Assembly: GCA_963796965.1 (NCBI GenBank)
Contig: CAWCNS010000005.1
Location: 864,001-928,000 of the forward strand
Direction: 5' to 3'
DNA length: 64,000 nucleotides
Source: Calditrichia bacterium
GTDB lineage: Bacteria; Calditrichota; Calditrichia; JAJRVZ01
Below are positions 54,290 to 64,000 of this stretch, one piece after another. The notes below the pieces were generated by a model, which was not told where the DNA came from, ran no database searches, and saw nothing but the letters and a program-made list of their open reading frames with translations. A program made the translations under genes and the position numbers. Position 1 is the first letter of the stretch. Every line of letters begins with the position of its first letter.

Positions 54290-55822
54290 TTATTTTATAA
54301 GTACCATTGACTTTGTTTCTGAATAATCTCCAGATTTAATTTCATAGTAATATACGCCACTTGCATAATTCTTACCACTAAATGTTATTTTATAGTTTCC
54401 AATATCTTGAAATCCTTCATCGACCATATTAATAATTTCACCTAAAACGTTATATATGGCAATAGATGTTTTACCAGGTTTGGAAATATAATATTCGATT
54501 GTAGTTTGAGGATTAAACGGATTTGGATAATTTTGTTTTAAATCAAGAAATGAAATATTTCTATCTACAACAATTAAACCATGAAAATTAGATTCACCAC
54601 TCATTGTTAGTTCTTCTATTTTATAAGTATAGGAATGAAAATTTTTTATGTTGTAGTCAATAAATGAATATTCATTTTCTGCTGATGAATTTCTATGACC
54701 AAAAATCAAGTCAGAATCGGCGGTGATTCTTGAAAAATTGGAATCGTTTTCCGATTTTCTCCATATATGAAAACCAAAGCATCCAATTTCACTAGCAGTA
54801 CACCATTGGATAGTAATACTATTCTTGTTTCGTACTCCACCAAAACGACTCATTTCAACAGGTAAAGACGTATCATCATATCCCGCTAACTTGGCAAACA
54901 GATACCATGCGGCATAAGCTTTTCGATTTGCATTTAAGGGTTGGGTATGAGCAGCATCACAATCATACCAATTTAGTCCTTCTGTATGTGAATTCTGCCA
55001 ATCAATTGCCCAGTTGCGGTCTCCATTCAACGGAACATCTGGATCACCCTCCCAAGATGTAACGCCATCGCCATTATAATCATAGCAACATCCGTCTGTT
55101 ACATAAAGATCCCCAAAATAGTTACCATCTGGATCATAGCATTCGATATCATAAAAATCATATAATACTTTATTATTGTTTATACAATAATTTCTAATTT
55201 GTTGATTTCGAATATGAGGGCCACCCTCTTCTCCTGATCCAGTTGCATGTCCTGTCATATAAACAAAGGATACATTGGGGTAATCAGACTCTAATTGAGA
55301 CATAGGAGAAAGATATTCGTTTATCATTTCTTGTTCCGAATAAACGCCAACTTGCCCACACCAGGACCATATAATTACATTTACATCAGGATTTGTGGTA
55401 CCACGTCCTGTTGACAAATCCGGCGGGCCTAAATATAATCGTGTATAATCTACCCATTCCGGATAATGACCAACATCACCCTCCATTGCCTGGTCATGCA
55501 AATCTAGAGCGCCATTCAATCCCCCATCATTCCATTCAAAAATATCTTGAGGATGCGAAAGCCCTAGACCACCATTATTAGCAAAAGCAACTAACCCTGT
55601 CATACCAGTAGTTAATTGACTTCCATGAGATGTATGGCCAAAACCTATATGTAGCGTGGCTCTTGCTTGATTTATGGCAGATTCAGGAATCCTGGTAATA
55701 TCAGTACAGGTATGATCAATAATTATTCCTTGAGAAAAAACTTGTGTTCGCCATCCTGACAGGAGGGATAGAAGGATTATTATCAAACTAACTTGTAGTT
55801 TATGAGTCTCAAGGTAATTCAT
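54290..55822 (-). CDS. Secreted protein with uncharacterised N-terminal domain and C-terminal sorting (T9SS-like/FlgD-Ig) domain
   Basis: Signal peptide; HTSHGSQ, WSWCGQ, YMTGH motifs; LPVEMSRF Ig domain; QNYPNPFNP...SGVYYY...KSMVLIK tail. Confidence 0.75.
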   Translation of the reverse strand: MNYLETHKLQVSLIIILLSLLSGWRTQVFSQGIIIDHTCTDITRIPESAINQARATLHIGFGHTSHGSQLTTGMTGLVAFANNGGLGLSHPQDIFEWNDGGLNGALDLHDQAMEGDVGHYPEWVDYTRLYLGPPDLSTGRGTTNPDVNVIIWSWCGQVGVYSEQEMINEYLSPMSQLESDYPNVSFVYMTGHATGSGEEGGPHIRNQQIRNYCINNNKVLYDFYDIECYDPDGNYFGDLYVTDGCCYDYNGDGVTSWEGDPDVPLNGDRNWAIDWQNSHTEGLNWYDCDAAHTQPLNANRKAYAAWYLFAKLAGYDDTSLPVEMSRFGGVRNKNSITIQWCTASEIGCFGFHIWRKSENDSNFSRITADSDLIFGHRNSSAENEYSFIDYNIKNFHSYTYKIEELTMSGESNFHGLIVVDRNISFLDLKQNYPNPFNPQTTIEYYISKPGKTSIAIYNVLGEIINMVDEGFQDIGNYKITFSGKNYASGVYYYEIKSGDYSETKSMVLIK

Positions 55823-55868
55823 TTGTTACTACTTTGATATTTTTCACTTTTATACTGATTTATCTAAA

Positions 55869-55995
55869 GTATAACGATCAAACATAACCGGTGTGCCATA
55901 GACTGGGTAAGGCATGATTTATAGGAATTCATGCCATATATTTTCGCGTCCGCTTGTCGAGGATCCCGGCACAGTTGGGGATGCGATGGTTAAAC
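55869..55995 (-). other. attC-like recombination site
   Basis: Minus strand: GTTTAAC 5 nt after the stop codon ... GATC-GTTATAC; internal inverted repeats TGTGCC/GGCACA and GGCATGA/TCATGCC; 127 bp. Confidence 0.6.
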
Positions 55996-56000
55996 CAATA

Positions 56001-56510
56001 TTAATTTAATTCAATTTTAACTGAATTGTTTATACAGTAGATTTCATCAAATATTCTATATTGTTCTATTGAGTCAGTCCGTGTTGTATTAAGATATAAT
56101 GTAATGTATCTCGGCCTTCGCGGGGGATATGGAATTTCTATTTCAATATCCTCATTTGATGTGTAAGGAATGAATACATCTTCAATAAGAATCGGATTTT
56201 TGTGATCTAATAAAGATTCATCAAAACTATATTGAATATAAAGATTATTATTCCAACCTTTAGTGACTCTATTGTAAATAGAGATATGAAACTTTGTGGC
56301 ATATGGTTGCCTCATTCTTGCACTCCTTGGTACTTCTAGATTCAATTCAGGTTGTGGATGTCTTAAATATTCAAATGAGATATTGCCAAATTTTAAGTCA
56401 GGTTGAAATTCAATTTGAGTGCCGCCACTTAAGGTATGACTTGGCATTCCATATAGATAGAATGCCAATATAATGAGCGAAAAACAGAATATTGATTTAT
56501 CATAAAACAT
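56001..56510 (-). CDS. Hypothetical AT-rich exported protein (cassette-like ORF)
   Basis: 169-aa ORF with hydrophobic N-terminus; no recognised motif. Confidence 0.55.
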   Translation of the reverse strand: MFYDKSIFCFSLIILAFYLYGMPSHTLSGGTQIEFQPDLKFGNISFEYLRHPQPELNLEVPRSARMRQPYATKFHISIYNRVTKGWNNNLYIQYSFDESLLDHKNPILIEDVFIPYTSNEDIEIEIPYPPRRPRYITLYLNTTRTDSIEQYRIFDEIYCINNSVKIELN

Positions 56511-56884
56511 TTTTAACTATATATAGGCCTAATATGATAAACTTGACTCAGTATCTATATTACTCGTAAAAATATTTATCCATATCTTACTCTGAATCAT
56601 AAACTTACTACTGAATTCGAAGTATGAAATAAATCATATTATGTAGAATATTTTCATATAATATAGCATAAAAATAATAATTAAATATAATTATTTAGAC
56701 AAAATATATATCATGAGAATTTGGTGCCAGCCGATTAAGAATGCAGGTATGTAAATATATTATTCGGAATCTATTTATACTAATCTTAATGAATCAAACC
56801 TCTACGCTTTATATTCAATTGGTTGATTTAATATCCTGGATACAATAAGTTAATACCAACGACCAGACCTTTCAACATTGGAGG

Positions 56885-58918
56885 ATGAGACATATGTATA
56901 AAATGATAGTATTGGGTTTACTCCTCATCTTAATGAGGATATCCGTTGCCAACCCCATCTTAAATCTCACTTCACCTGATAAAAGAATAAGTGTCCGTAT
57001 TAACATCAAGGAGAAGTTAGAACCCTATCCTCACGGGGAGCGTGTTTATTACTCTCTTACATTTAACAAAAAACTTCTATTGGCTGATTCACCCATTGGA
57101 TTTGAGTTTAAAAACCAACCACCCTTTGGCAGGAAACTGCAAATCACCAGTAATCAAACAAACAGCCAGAATCAAACCTGGCAGCGTGTTTGGGGAAAAC
57201 GAAAAGATGTAAGAGTCCAATACAATGAGCTGAAATTGGAAGTGGAAGAGTCAGATAATCATAAACGAAAATTAAATCTCATATTCCGGGCTTATAATGA
57301 TGGTGTAGCGATCCGCTATAATATACCTGACCAAAAGTATCTTAAGGAAATTCAATTAACCTCAGAGCGGATTTGGTTTAACCTCAATAGAAATGATACC
57401 CTATGGGCCGCTGACTATGGTGGCTATATTTCCCACCAGGAATCGGAATTTACTAAGCAGGCCATGGCAGATCTAAGCGCCTCAGAAGTATATGGCTGCC
57501 CGGTTCTTATCGATGCCGGTAGTGCCTGGATGGCTATCACAGAGGCCGATTTAACCGATTGGGCGGGAATGTACCTCACCAAGGCACCAAATGGTTCGAA
57601 TGCTCTTGTAACCAGCCTTTCACCCCGTTTGGACATGCAGGAGGCTCTGGTCATTTCCGGGACACCACGTTCATCGCCCTGGCGTGTGATCATGATTGGA
57701 GAATCGCCTGGCAACCTGATTGAATCAGATATTATTGCAAATCTTAATGATCCATGTGAGATTGAGGATACCTCCTGGATTATACCCGGAAAATCGGCCT
57801 GGGACTGGTGGTGGAGTGCACGCTATGCTCCGGATGTGGATTTTGAAGTAGGCTCTAACACCGAAACAATGAAATATTTTATTGATTTTGCCTCGGAGAT
57901 GGGTTGGGAATACCAATTGATTGACTGGCATTGGTATGGCAAACCCTTTATTACCTGGGATCCTGTTCCTACTCCAGATCCCAAGGGCAACATCACCACT
58001 CAGAATCCCAATATCGATATTCCGGAATTAGTTGAATATGCCAGAAAAAAAAACGTCCGCCTTTTATTGTGGTTAGAATGGACACATGCCGAGAAGCAAA
58101 TGGACGTTGCTTTTCCACTATTTGAAAAATGGGGAATTGCCGGGGTGAAAGTGGATTTTATGCAACGGGACGATCAGGCAATGGTCAACTATTATCACAA
58201 GCTTATCAAGAAAGCAGCTGAACATCATTTACTTGTAGATTTTCATGGTGCCTATAAGCCAACCGGATTCAGCCGAACATATCCAAATGCCATAACCCGG
58301 GAGGGTGTGTTAGGAAATGAATATACGAAATGGAGTAAACGCATCACTCCAGAGCATAATGTAACACTTCCCTTCACCCGCGGCCTCCTGGGTGAAATGG
58401 ATTTTACCCCCGGTGCTTTTGTTCACGCGACGCAAGAAAATTTTCTAACAGAAGAAGATGGATCCAGTCCTACCCCGATGGTCATGGGTACGCGATGTCA
58501 TCAACTGGCGATGATGGTAGTTTTTGAGAGTGCCTTGCAGGTTATGTGTGACTCCCCATATAACTACCGTCAAAAACCAGCCGGACTCGATTTTCTGAAA
58601 ATTATCCCCACCACCTGGCATGAGACGAAAGTAATCAATGCCTCAGTTGGTAATTTTATCACAACAGCCCGGCAGGCCGAAAACGGAGATTGGTTTATCG
58701 GAAGTATGACGGATTGGAGCCCCAGATTATTATCTATAAATTTAGATTTTCTTGGAGAGGGTAGTGACTTAGCCACAATCTGGGAAGATGCTGCAGATGC
58801 AGATAAATTTCCAGATCGGTTAAACAAGAGAGAAGTTGAGGTAGATAAAACAACGATTATTGAAGCCGATCTTGCTCCGGGTGGCGGGCACGTGATGCAT
58901 ATAAGGAAAAAACGGTAA
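56885..58918 (+). CDS. GH97 glycoside hydrolase (alpha-glucosidase/alpha-galactosidase)
   Basis: FRAYNDGVAIRY, GVKVDFM, DFHG, TREGVLGNE, GEMDFTPG. Confidence 0.92.
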   Translation: MRHMYKMIVLGLLLILMRISVANPILNLTSPDKRISVRINIKEKLEPYPHGERVYYSLTFNKKLLLADSPIGFEFKNQPPFGRKLQITSNQTNSQNQTWQRVWGKRKDVRVQYNELKLEVEESDNHKRKLNLIFRAYNDGVAIRYNIPDQKYLKEIQLTSERIWFNLNRNDTLWAADYGGYISHQESEFTKQAMADLSASEVYGCPVLIDAGSAWMAITEADLTDWAGMYLTKAPNGSNALVTSLSPRLDMQEALVISGTPRSSPWRVIMIGESPGNLIESDIIANLNDPCEIEDTSWIIPGKSAWDWWWSARYAPDVDFEVGSNTETMKYFIDFASEMGWEYQLIDWHWYGKPFITWDPVPTPDPKGNITTQNPNIDIPELVEYARKKNVRLLLWLEWTHAEKQMDVAFPLFEKWGIAGVKVDFMQRDDQAMVNYYHKLIKKAAEHHLLVDFHGAYKPTGFSRTYPNAITREGVLGNEYTKWSKRITPEHNVTLPFTRGLLGEMDFTPGAFVHATQENFLTEEDGSSPTPMVMGTRCHQLAMMVVFESALQVMCDSPYNYRQKPAGLDFLKIIPTTWHETKVINASVGNFITTARQAENGDWFIGSMTDWSPRLLSINLDFLGEGSDLATIWEDAADADKFPDRLNKREVEVDKTTIIEADLAPGGGHVMHIRKKR

Positions 58919-58975
58919 CCACGAATTACACGAATAAAAGATCTGATTTCACGAATTTTTTTACAAAATATTTTT

Positions 58976-59148
58976 GTCGTTCAGTCCCGGAACGGGATCC
59001 CCTTGGAAAGGAATCTTCCATCTTGTCGAGATGTCACTTACAAGAAGGAAGATCCTTTCAGGATGACAGAATGGGAATCATTCAATAATTCTAAATTCAA
59101 AGATAGTGTTACTTGAAATGAAAGTGGCCGTTCGCGAACGGCCACTAC
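58976..59148 (+). repeat. Composite palindromic repeat (GTCRT...ATGAC element + GTAG-type REP)
   Basis: Direct-repeat homolog at 60641-60839; ends with perfect palindrome AGTGGCCGTTCGCGAACGGCCACT followed by AC. Confidence 0.85.
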
Positions 59149-59220
59149 TATCATTTTCAATCAATAAATATAAATTCGTGAAATTCGTAGAAAAATTCCT
59201 GACCTATTTCGTCAACGCAT

Positions 59221-60591
59221 CTAACTTCCCTCATATTCCATAACAACAACTGACGCATTTTCATCCAGGCCTTTTTTCGGAAGAGAAATGGTAATCCTTT
59301 TTGCCCACTTTGGGTTTTTAATGCTGCTTTAGATTTATCTGACAATAAATATACATTTTTAACCGGTTTTTTAATTTGTTCAATAACCAATTTGCCTTTT
59401 TTTGGAGGATCAAAGACAAAGGCATAAAGGGTACCTGGTTTCTGAGTATATCTTCCCCATGCTGGCTGCTCAAAAGGACTGGCCTGGGTGGCATAAATGG
59501 CTTCACCATTTCCCTTCATCCATTGCCCAATTTCTTTTAATCTTTCAACACTGGCTTCAGGAATTAATCCCTCTGCTGTCGGACCAACATTTAACAGATA
59601 ATTACCTCCTTTTGAAGCAATATCTACCAAATTCTGGATTAATGTTGTTGTCGATTTCCAGTTATCATCAAAATATTTATAACCCCAGGTATCATTCATG
59701 GTCATACAGCTTTCCCAATCCACACCCGGTAATCCCGTATCCGGGATTTCCTGCTCCGGTGTTCCATAATCTCCGGCAAAGCCACCATCTTTAGTCAAAC
59801 CTTCCATCCCCTGACGTCCTTTATCCACGCGGTTATTGATGATGATATCAGGTTGCAGGGTACGAACATAGTTATAAAGATCCTTACCACGTGGTGGCGT
59901 CCAGTCACCAATCCACTCGCCATCGAACCAAAGGATTCCCAATTTCCCATAATTATCAACCAATTCTTTCAATTGAGGCTTCATGTAACTATCAACATAA
60001 TTCTGGAACTTAGGATTAGTGCGCTCTCTATCATTATACTTTGGATAAAAAGGGGCCTGTGCATCCGGATGATGCCAATCCATAATCGAATGATAAAAAC
60101 ATAACTTAATGCCCTGTTTATCACAGGCCTCTTTAAGCGCTTTTAAGATGTCTTTTTTATAGGGTGAGGCATCCATAATATCATAATCTGTTACTTTCGA
60201 ATCCCATAAACAAAAGCCATCATGATGTTTGGAGGTGATGACGATATATTTCATCCCGGCATTTTTAGCAAGGCTTACCCATTCATCGGCATCGTATTTT
60301 ACCGGATTGAACTGGGCAGCATATTTTTCATACTCTTCAACTGGAATATCGGCTTTCTCCATGGATCCACTCACCAATACCTTTAACTTTCTCTCCATTA
60401 TATTCACCAGCCGGTATAGCATATAGCCCCCAGTGGATGAACATCCCAAAGCGTGCCTCACGGAACCATTCCATACGGGCATCTTTTTCTACCTGCGATT
60501 CATTTAGATAATTTTTTGGCGGTTCTTGTTTTTCACAGGCAAAAACTCCAAACAAGAAAACAACTACCAATAATGCTAATATAACCCTCAT
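59221..60591 (-). CDS. GH29 alpha-L-fucosidase lipoprotein; frameshifts near 60362 and 59295
   Basis: [37 protein letters not shown]; true C-terminus [28 protein letters not shown]. Confidence 0.9.
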
Positions 60592-60640
60592 TTTACCCTC
60601 CCAAGTTAATTAATTATACCACCGCTTAGATAAAATTTTT

Positions 60641-60839
60641 GTCATTCCGTCCCAGAACGGGATCGCGTCTCGGGAAAGGAATCTTTCTAGGTATCGAGTT
60701 ATCATTTACAAGGAGGAAGATCCTTTTGACGAAGGCATCCCGTTGGGACAGGATGACAGAACAGCAATCATTCAGCAATTATAAATTCAAAGATCAGTGG
60801 TAATTGAAATTAAAGTGGCTGTTAGCAAACGGCCACTAC
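60641..60839 (+). repeat. Composite palindromic repeat, second copy, carrying a 22-bp insertion
   Basis: Colinear with 58976-59148; extra TGACGAAGGCATCCCGTTGGGA at 60727-60748. Confidence 0.85.
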
Positions 60840-60950
60840 AATTCGAATACCACTTCTTTTTCTTAATTGTACTGCGCCTCTGCGAGAAAAAAATAAATAA
60901 AAACTTTGCGCACTTTGCGCCTTCATTGCGTCCTTGCGGTTAAAACGGCC

Positions 60951-62932
60951 TCATTTTATTCCGACAGTAACCCCTGGCCAGTCATCCGTCCGGAATGGCG
61001 AAGCCGGAAAACCTTCTTTATTATATAAATTCACATCATCCGGATTATCGGCCCAGCCATAACGTACAGCAACAGGTTTTTTTACCACATCATTAACAAC
61101 AACAACATCATTTCCCTCGATATACGCTTTTGCCCAAACAAACTTTTTATCGTTACCGGCAATTGAGAAACCCTGTAAATAACCATAACGGTCTTTTATC
61201 ACGAGGCCGGAACCAGTATTGCTAAAACGAATACGAATTTTATTTCCTTCGACTTTCATCGATTTATATAGTGGACCGGTATGGACAATATTCTCACCGT
61301 AGGCAATTTTTCTGGCATTTTGCGCGAGACGGTAACCCACATCCTGTTTATTAAGCGGATGAATATTCTTGGCTTCACCAATATCGATAGTCACTGCCAT
61401 CCCTGTATTAGGTAACTTCAGGGCCAAGGTTTGCGCCTCTCTCAATTCGGCCCAATCACTATCTCGTGGCTGCTTTGGGGCCTGTTTAAAATTGGCCAAC
61501 TGGACAAAGAGAAAAGGGAAATCGCCCTGATTCCAATGCGTCCGCCAGTCTGTGATCATGGCTGGAAACAGATCTCTATACTGATAGGCACGAAGAGCAT
61601 TAGATTCACCTTGATACCAGATGGCCCCTTTGATTGTAAATGGCGTGAGAGGATTTATCATTCCATTGTAAAGTAAAGTTGGATATAAATTAGGTCCACC
61701 TTTTAGAATTTCAGGTATCTTATTCAGACCAATTTGATAGGACCATTCACCAGCCAGACTTATTTTTTTATTGTCATTCAGCTGTATAGTATATCCCATC
61801 TTTATCTCCCCAAATACCTCCCCCACCACCATAATCGGTAACCCGAACTGAAATAATATTTTTTCCGGTTTTTAAGATCTCCGGTGCTACCTTATATTTA
61901 CGCAACTTATCCGGTATTATCTCCGTTGAGCCAACCTGGATACCATTAACATAGGTATGATCTGTATTGTCAACAGCACCAAGATGAAGCAGTATACCGC
62001 TTTTTGCTTCCTCTTCCGTAAGTGTAATTTCCTTCATAAACCAGACAATCCCGTCGAGACCTGCCAGGCCAGCCCCCTCCCATCGTTGGGGGAGAGTCAT
62101 TTTGGGCCAGTCTGCAGGAACAGACGTAAACTGATACCAATTTTCCTTCATTCCAAGATCGTCTTTTCCTTCCTTTAAGCCCTTAACGGCAGAATTATAT
62201 AATTTTTCCACATCAATTTTTTCGAGTTCGGCCAATTTATCAGAGAATTCGGGAAAATCCTGGATGGCATCACCACTGGTCCAGGTTTCCGATACCGTCC
62301 CACCCCAACTCGAGTTGATTATTCCGATTGGGACGTTAAGAGATTTATACAATTCCCTTCCAAAGAAATAAGCCGACAGCTGAGAATTCACCAACTGTAC
62401 GCGGATTACAAATCTGCCATTCTCTTTCTGATAGATCCTTTTTTGGTAGGGAACTCAAGGCGCGTTTGACTGTAAACAGACGGATTTCCGGATAATCTGC
62501 GCTTGCAATTTCCTGATCAGAATTATTTGAATTTAGCACCGTCCATTCCATATTTGATTGACCGGAAGAAATCCAAACCTCTCCAATCAGGATATTTTTT
62601 AATTCTATTTTATTGGTCGCATGCACAGTTAGGTTAAATGGTCCGCCGGCTAACATAGACTTTAATTTTACTTCCCACTTTCCATCTTTATCAGCTGTAC
62701 TTTTATATGTCTCACCATTTAAGGTAATCGTTACTTTTTCACCTTCATCTGCCCAACCCCATATTCTCACCGGTTTATCCCGTTGTAAAATCATATTGTC
62801 CGAGAATAGTTGAGGAAGAGAAACCTCAGCCAGGACATTTGGTGTGCTTACTGACACAGTAAGAATCATAATTAGGACAAATAACGTATAGTACATTTTA
62901 GATGTGAATACCCTCATATAGTTCCTATTCAA
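60951..62932 (-). CDS. Sialate O-acetylesterase (SASA family); two frameshifts near 62370 and 61790
   Basis: [38 protein letters not shown]. Confidence 0.88.
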
Positions 62933-62970
62933 AAAATATGCTAATTTTTTTACGACCTTAGTTTACTGAA

Positions 62971-63068
62971 ACCGCGAAGACGCAAGGAAGGCGCTAAGCA
63001 CGCAAGGATGAAAGATATAAAGTTAAAAAAACTTTGCGTTCTTTGCGCCTTCCTTGCGTCTTTGCGGT
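62971..63068. repeat. Inverted pair of CGCAAG-periodic repeats forming a long hairpin
   Basis: ACCGCGAAGACGCAAGGAAGGCGCTAAGCACGCAAGG and CTTTGCGTTCTTTGCGCCTTCCTTGCGTCTTTGCGGT. Confidence 0.8.
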
Positions 63069-63080
63069 AAAAAAGACAAT

Positions 63081-64000
63081 TTATTTTTTTCCCATTGTTA
63101 TCCCCGGCCAATCATCCGTACGAAATGGTGATGCCGGAAACCCCTCTTTATTATAGAGATTAACATCATCCGGATTATCAGCCCAGCCATATCTTACTGC
63201 AACAGGTTTATCTACCGATTTACATTGGACAACCACCTCGTCACCCTCAATACGAGCTTTGGCCCAAACAAATTTTTTATCTGCACCGGCAATAGAAAAC
63301 CCTTTAAGATAGCCATAGCGGTCTCTGATCATCAAACCGGAACCAGTATTAGTAAAACTTATGCGGATTTTATTTCCCTCAACCTTCATTGAATTGTATA
63401 GTGGACCTGTATAGACGACATTTTGGCCATAGGCAGTTTTTCTGGCATTCTGTGCAAGACGATATCCTACATCCTGTTTATTTCGGGGATGGATGTCATC
63501 GGCCTCACCGATATCAATTATCACCGCCATACCCGTACGTGGTAATTTTAATGTCATTATCTGGGCTTCTCTTAGTTCTGCCCACTCACTCTCATCCGGT
63601 AATTCTTTTGCCTTCATAAAATTCGCCAATTGAACAAATAAAAAAGGAAAGTCCCCCTGTCCCCAATGCTTACGCCAGTCCGTGATCATGGCTGGAAAAA
63701 TATCCCGGTACTGATAAGCGCGTCCGGCATTGGATTCACCCTGATACCAAATCGCTCCCTTGATCGCAAAAGGGATTAGTGGATATATCATTGCATTGTA
63801 TAACAAGGTCGGATAGGAATTGGGTCCGACTAAAACAAGTTTAGGAATCTCATTTCGACCTATTTTGTAGGACCACTCACCGGCCAGGGTCACTTTTTTA
63901 TTTTCACCCGATATATAATAGACTTCATCCGGCTTTCCCCAGATTCCGCCCTCTCCACCAAAATCCGTAACCCGGACAGTAATAATGTTTGTACCGGTTT
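63081..64000 (-). CDS. Sialate O-acetylesterase paralog, 5'-truncated by window edge
   Basis: [22 protein letters not shown]; closely similar to the C-terminal half of 60951-62932. Confidence 0.88.
   Translation of the reverse strand, partial: TGTNIITVRVTDFGGEGGIWGKPDEVYYISGENKKVTLAGEWSYKIGRNEIPKLVLVGPNSYPTLLYNAMIYPLIPFAIKGAIWYQGESNAGRAYQYRDIFPAMITDWRKHWGQGDFPFLFVQLANFMKAKELPDESEWAELREAQIMTLKLPRTGMAVIIDIGEADDIHPRNKQDVGYRLAQNARKTAYGQNVVYTGPLYNSMKVEGNKIRISFTNTGSGLMIRDRYGYLKGFSIAGADKKFVWAKARIEGDEVVVQCKSVDKPVAVRYGWADNPDDVNLYNKEGFPASPFRTDDWPGITMGKK

Overview
A 64-kb window of an AT-rich Gram-negative bacterial chromosome. A secreted protein with a NYPNPFNP-type C-terminal sorting domain suggests a Calditrichota/KSB1/Ignavibacteria-like lineage, but this is inference. 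Left part: an ~8.5-kb multiheme cytochrome operon encoding two NHL beta-propellers, a beta-barrel porin and four cytochromes with 36 heme motifs after frameshift repair. It includes an OmcE-like tetraheme and an OmcE-domain fusion, and lies between two paralogous TetR + ABC (LolCDE/MacB-like) + LolA-like modules. Middle part: accessory and housekeeping genes (CvfB, DmpA-type peptidase, YjjG, pncA-pncB, OPT transporter), an unusual dCache sensor-transmembrane-Schlafen/AlbA_2 receptor, and a RAYT transposase with its REPs and a BIME-like array. Right part: glycan-degradation genes (sulfatases, PhoD-like, GH2, GH97, GH29, sialate O-acetylesterases) interrupted by two integron-like cassettes with attC-like sites. 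Intergenic DNA is rich in small palindromic, periodic and nested MITE-like repeats. About 13 frame changes break otherwise intact genes and are most likely sequencing errors. I recognised no rRNA, tRNA or CRISPR array. All family calls come from motif recognition, not database searches.
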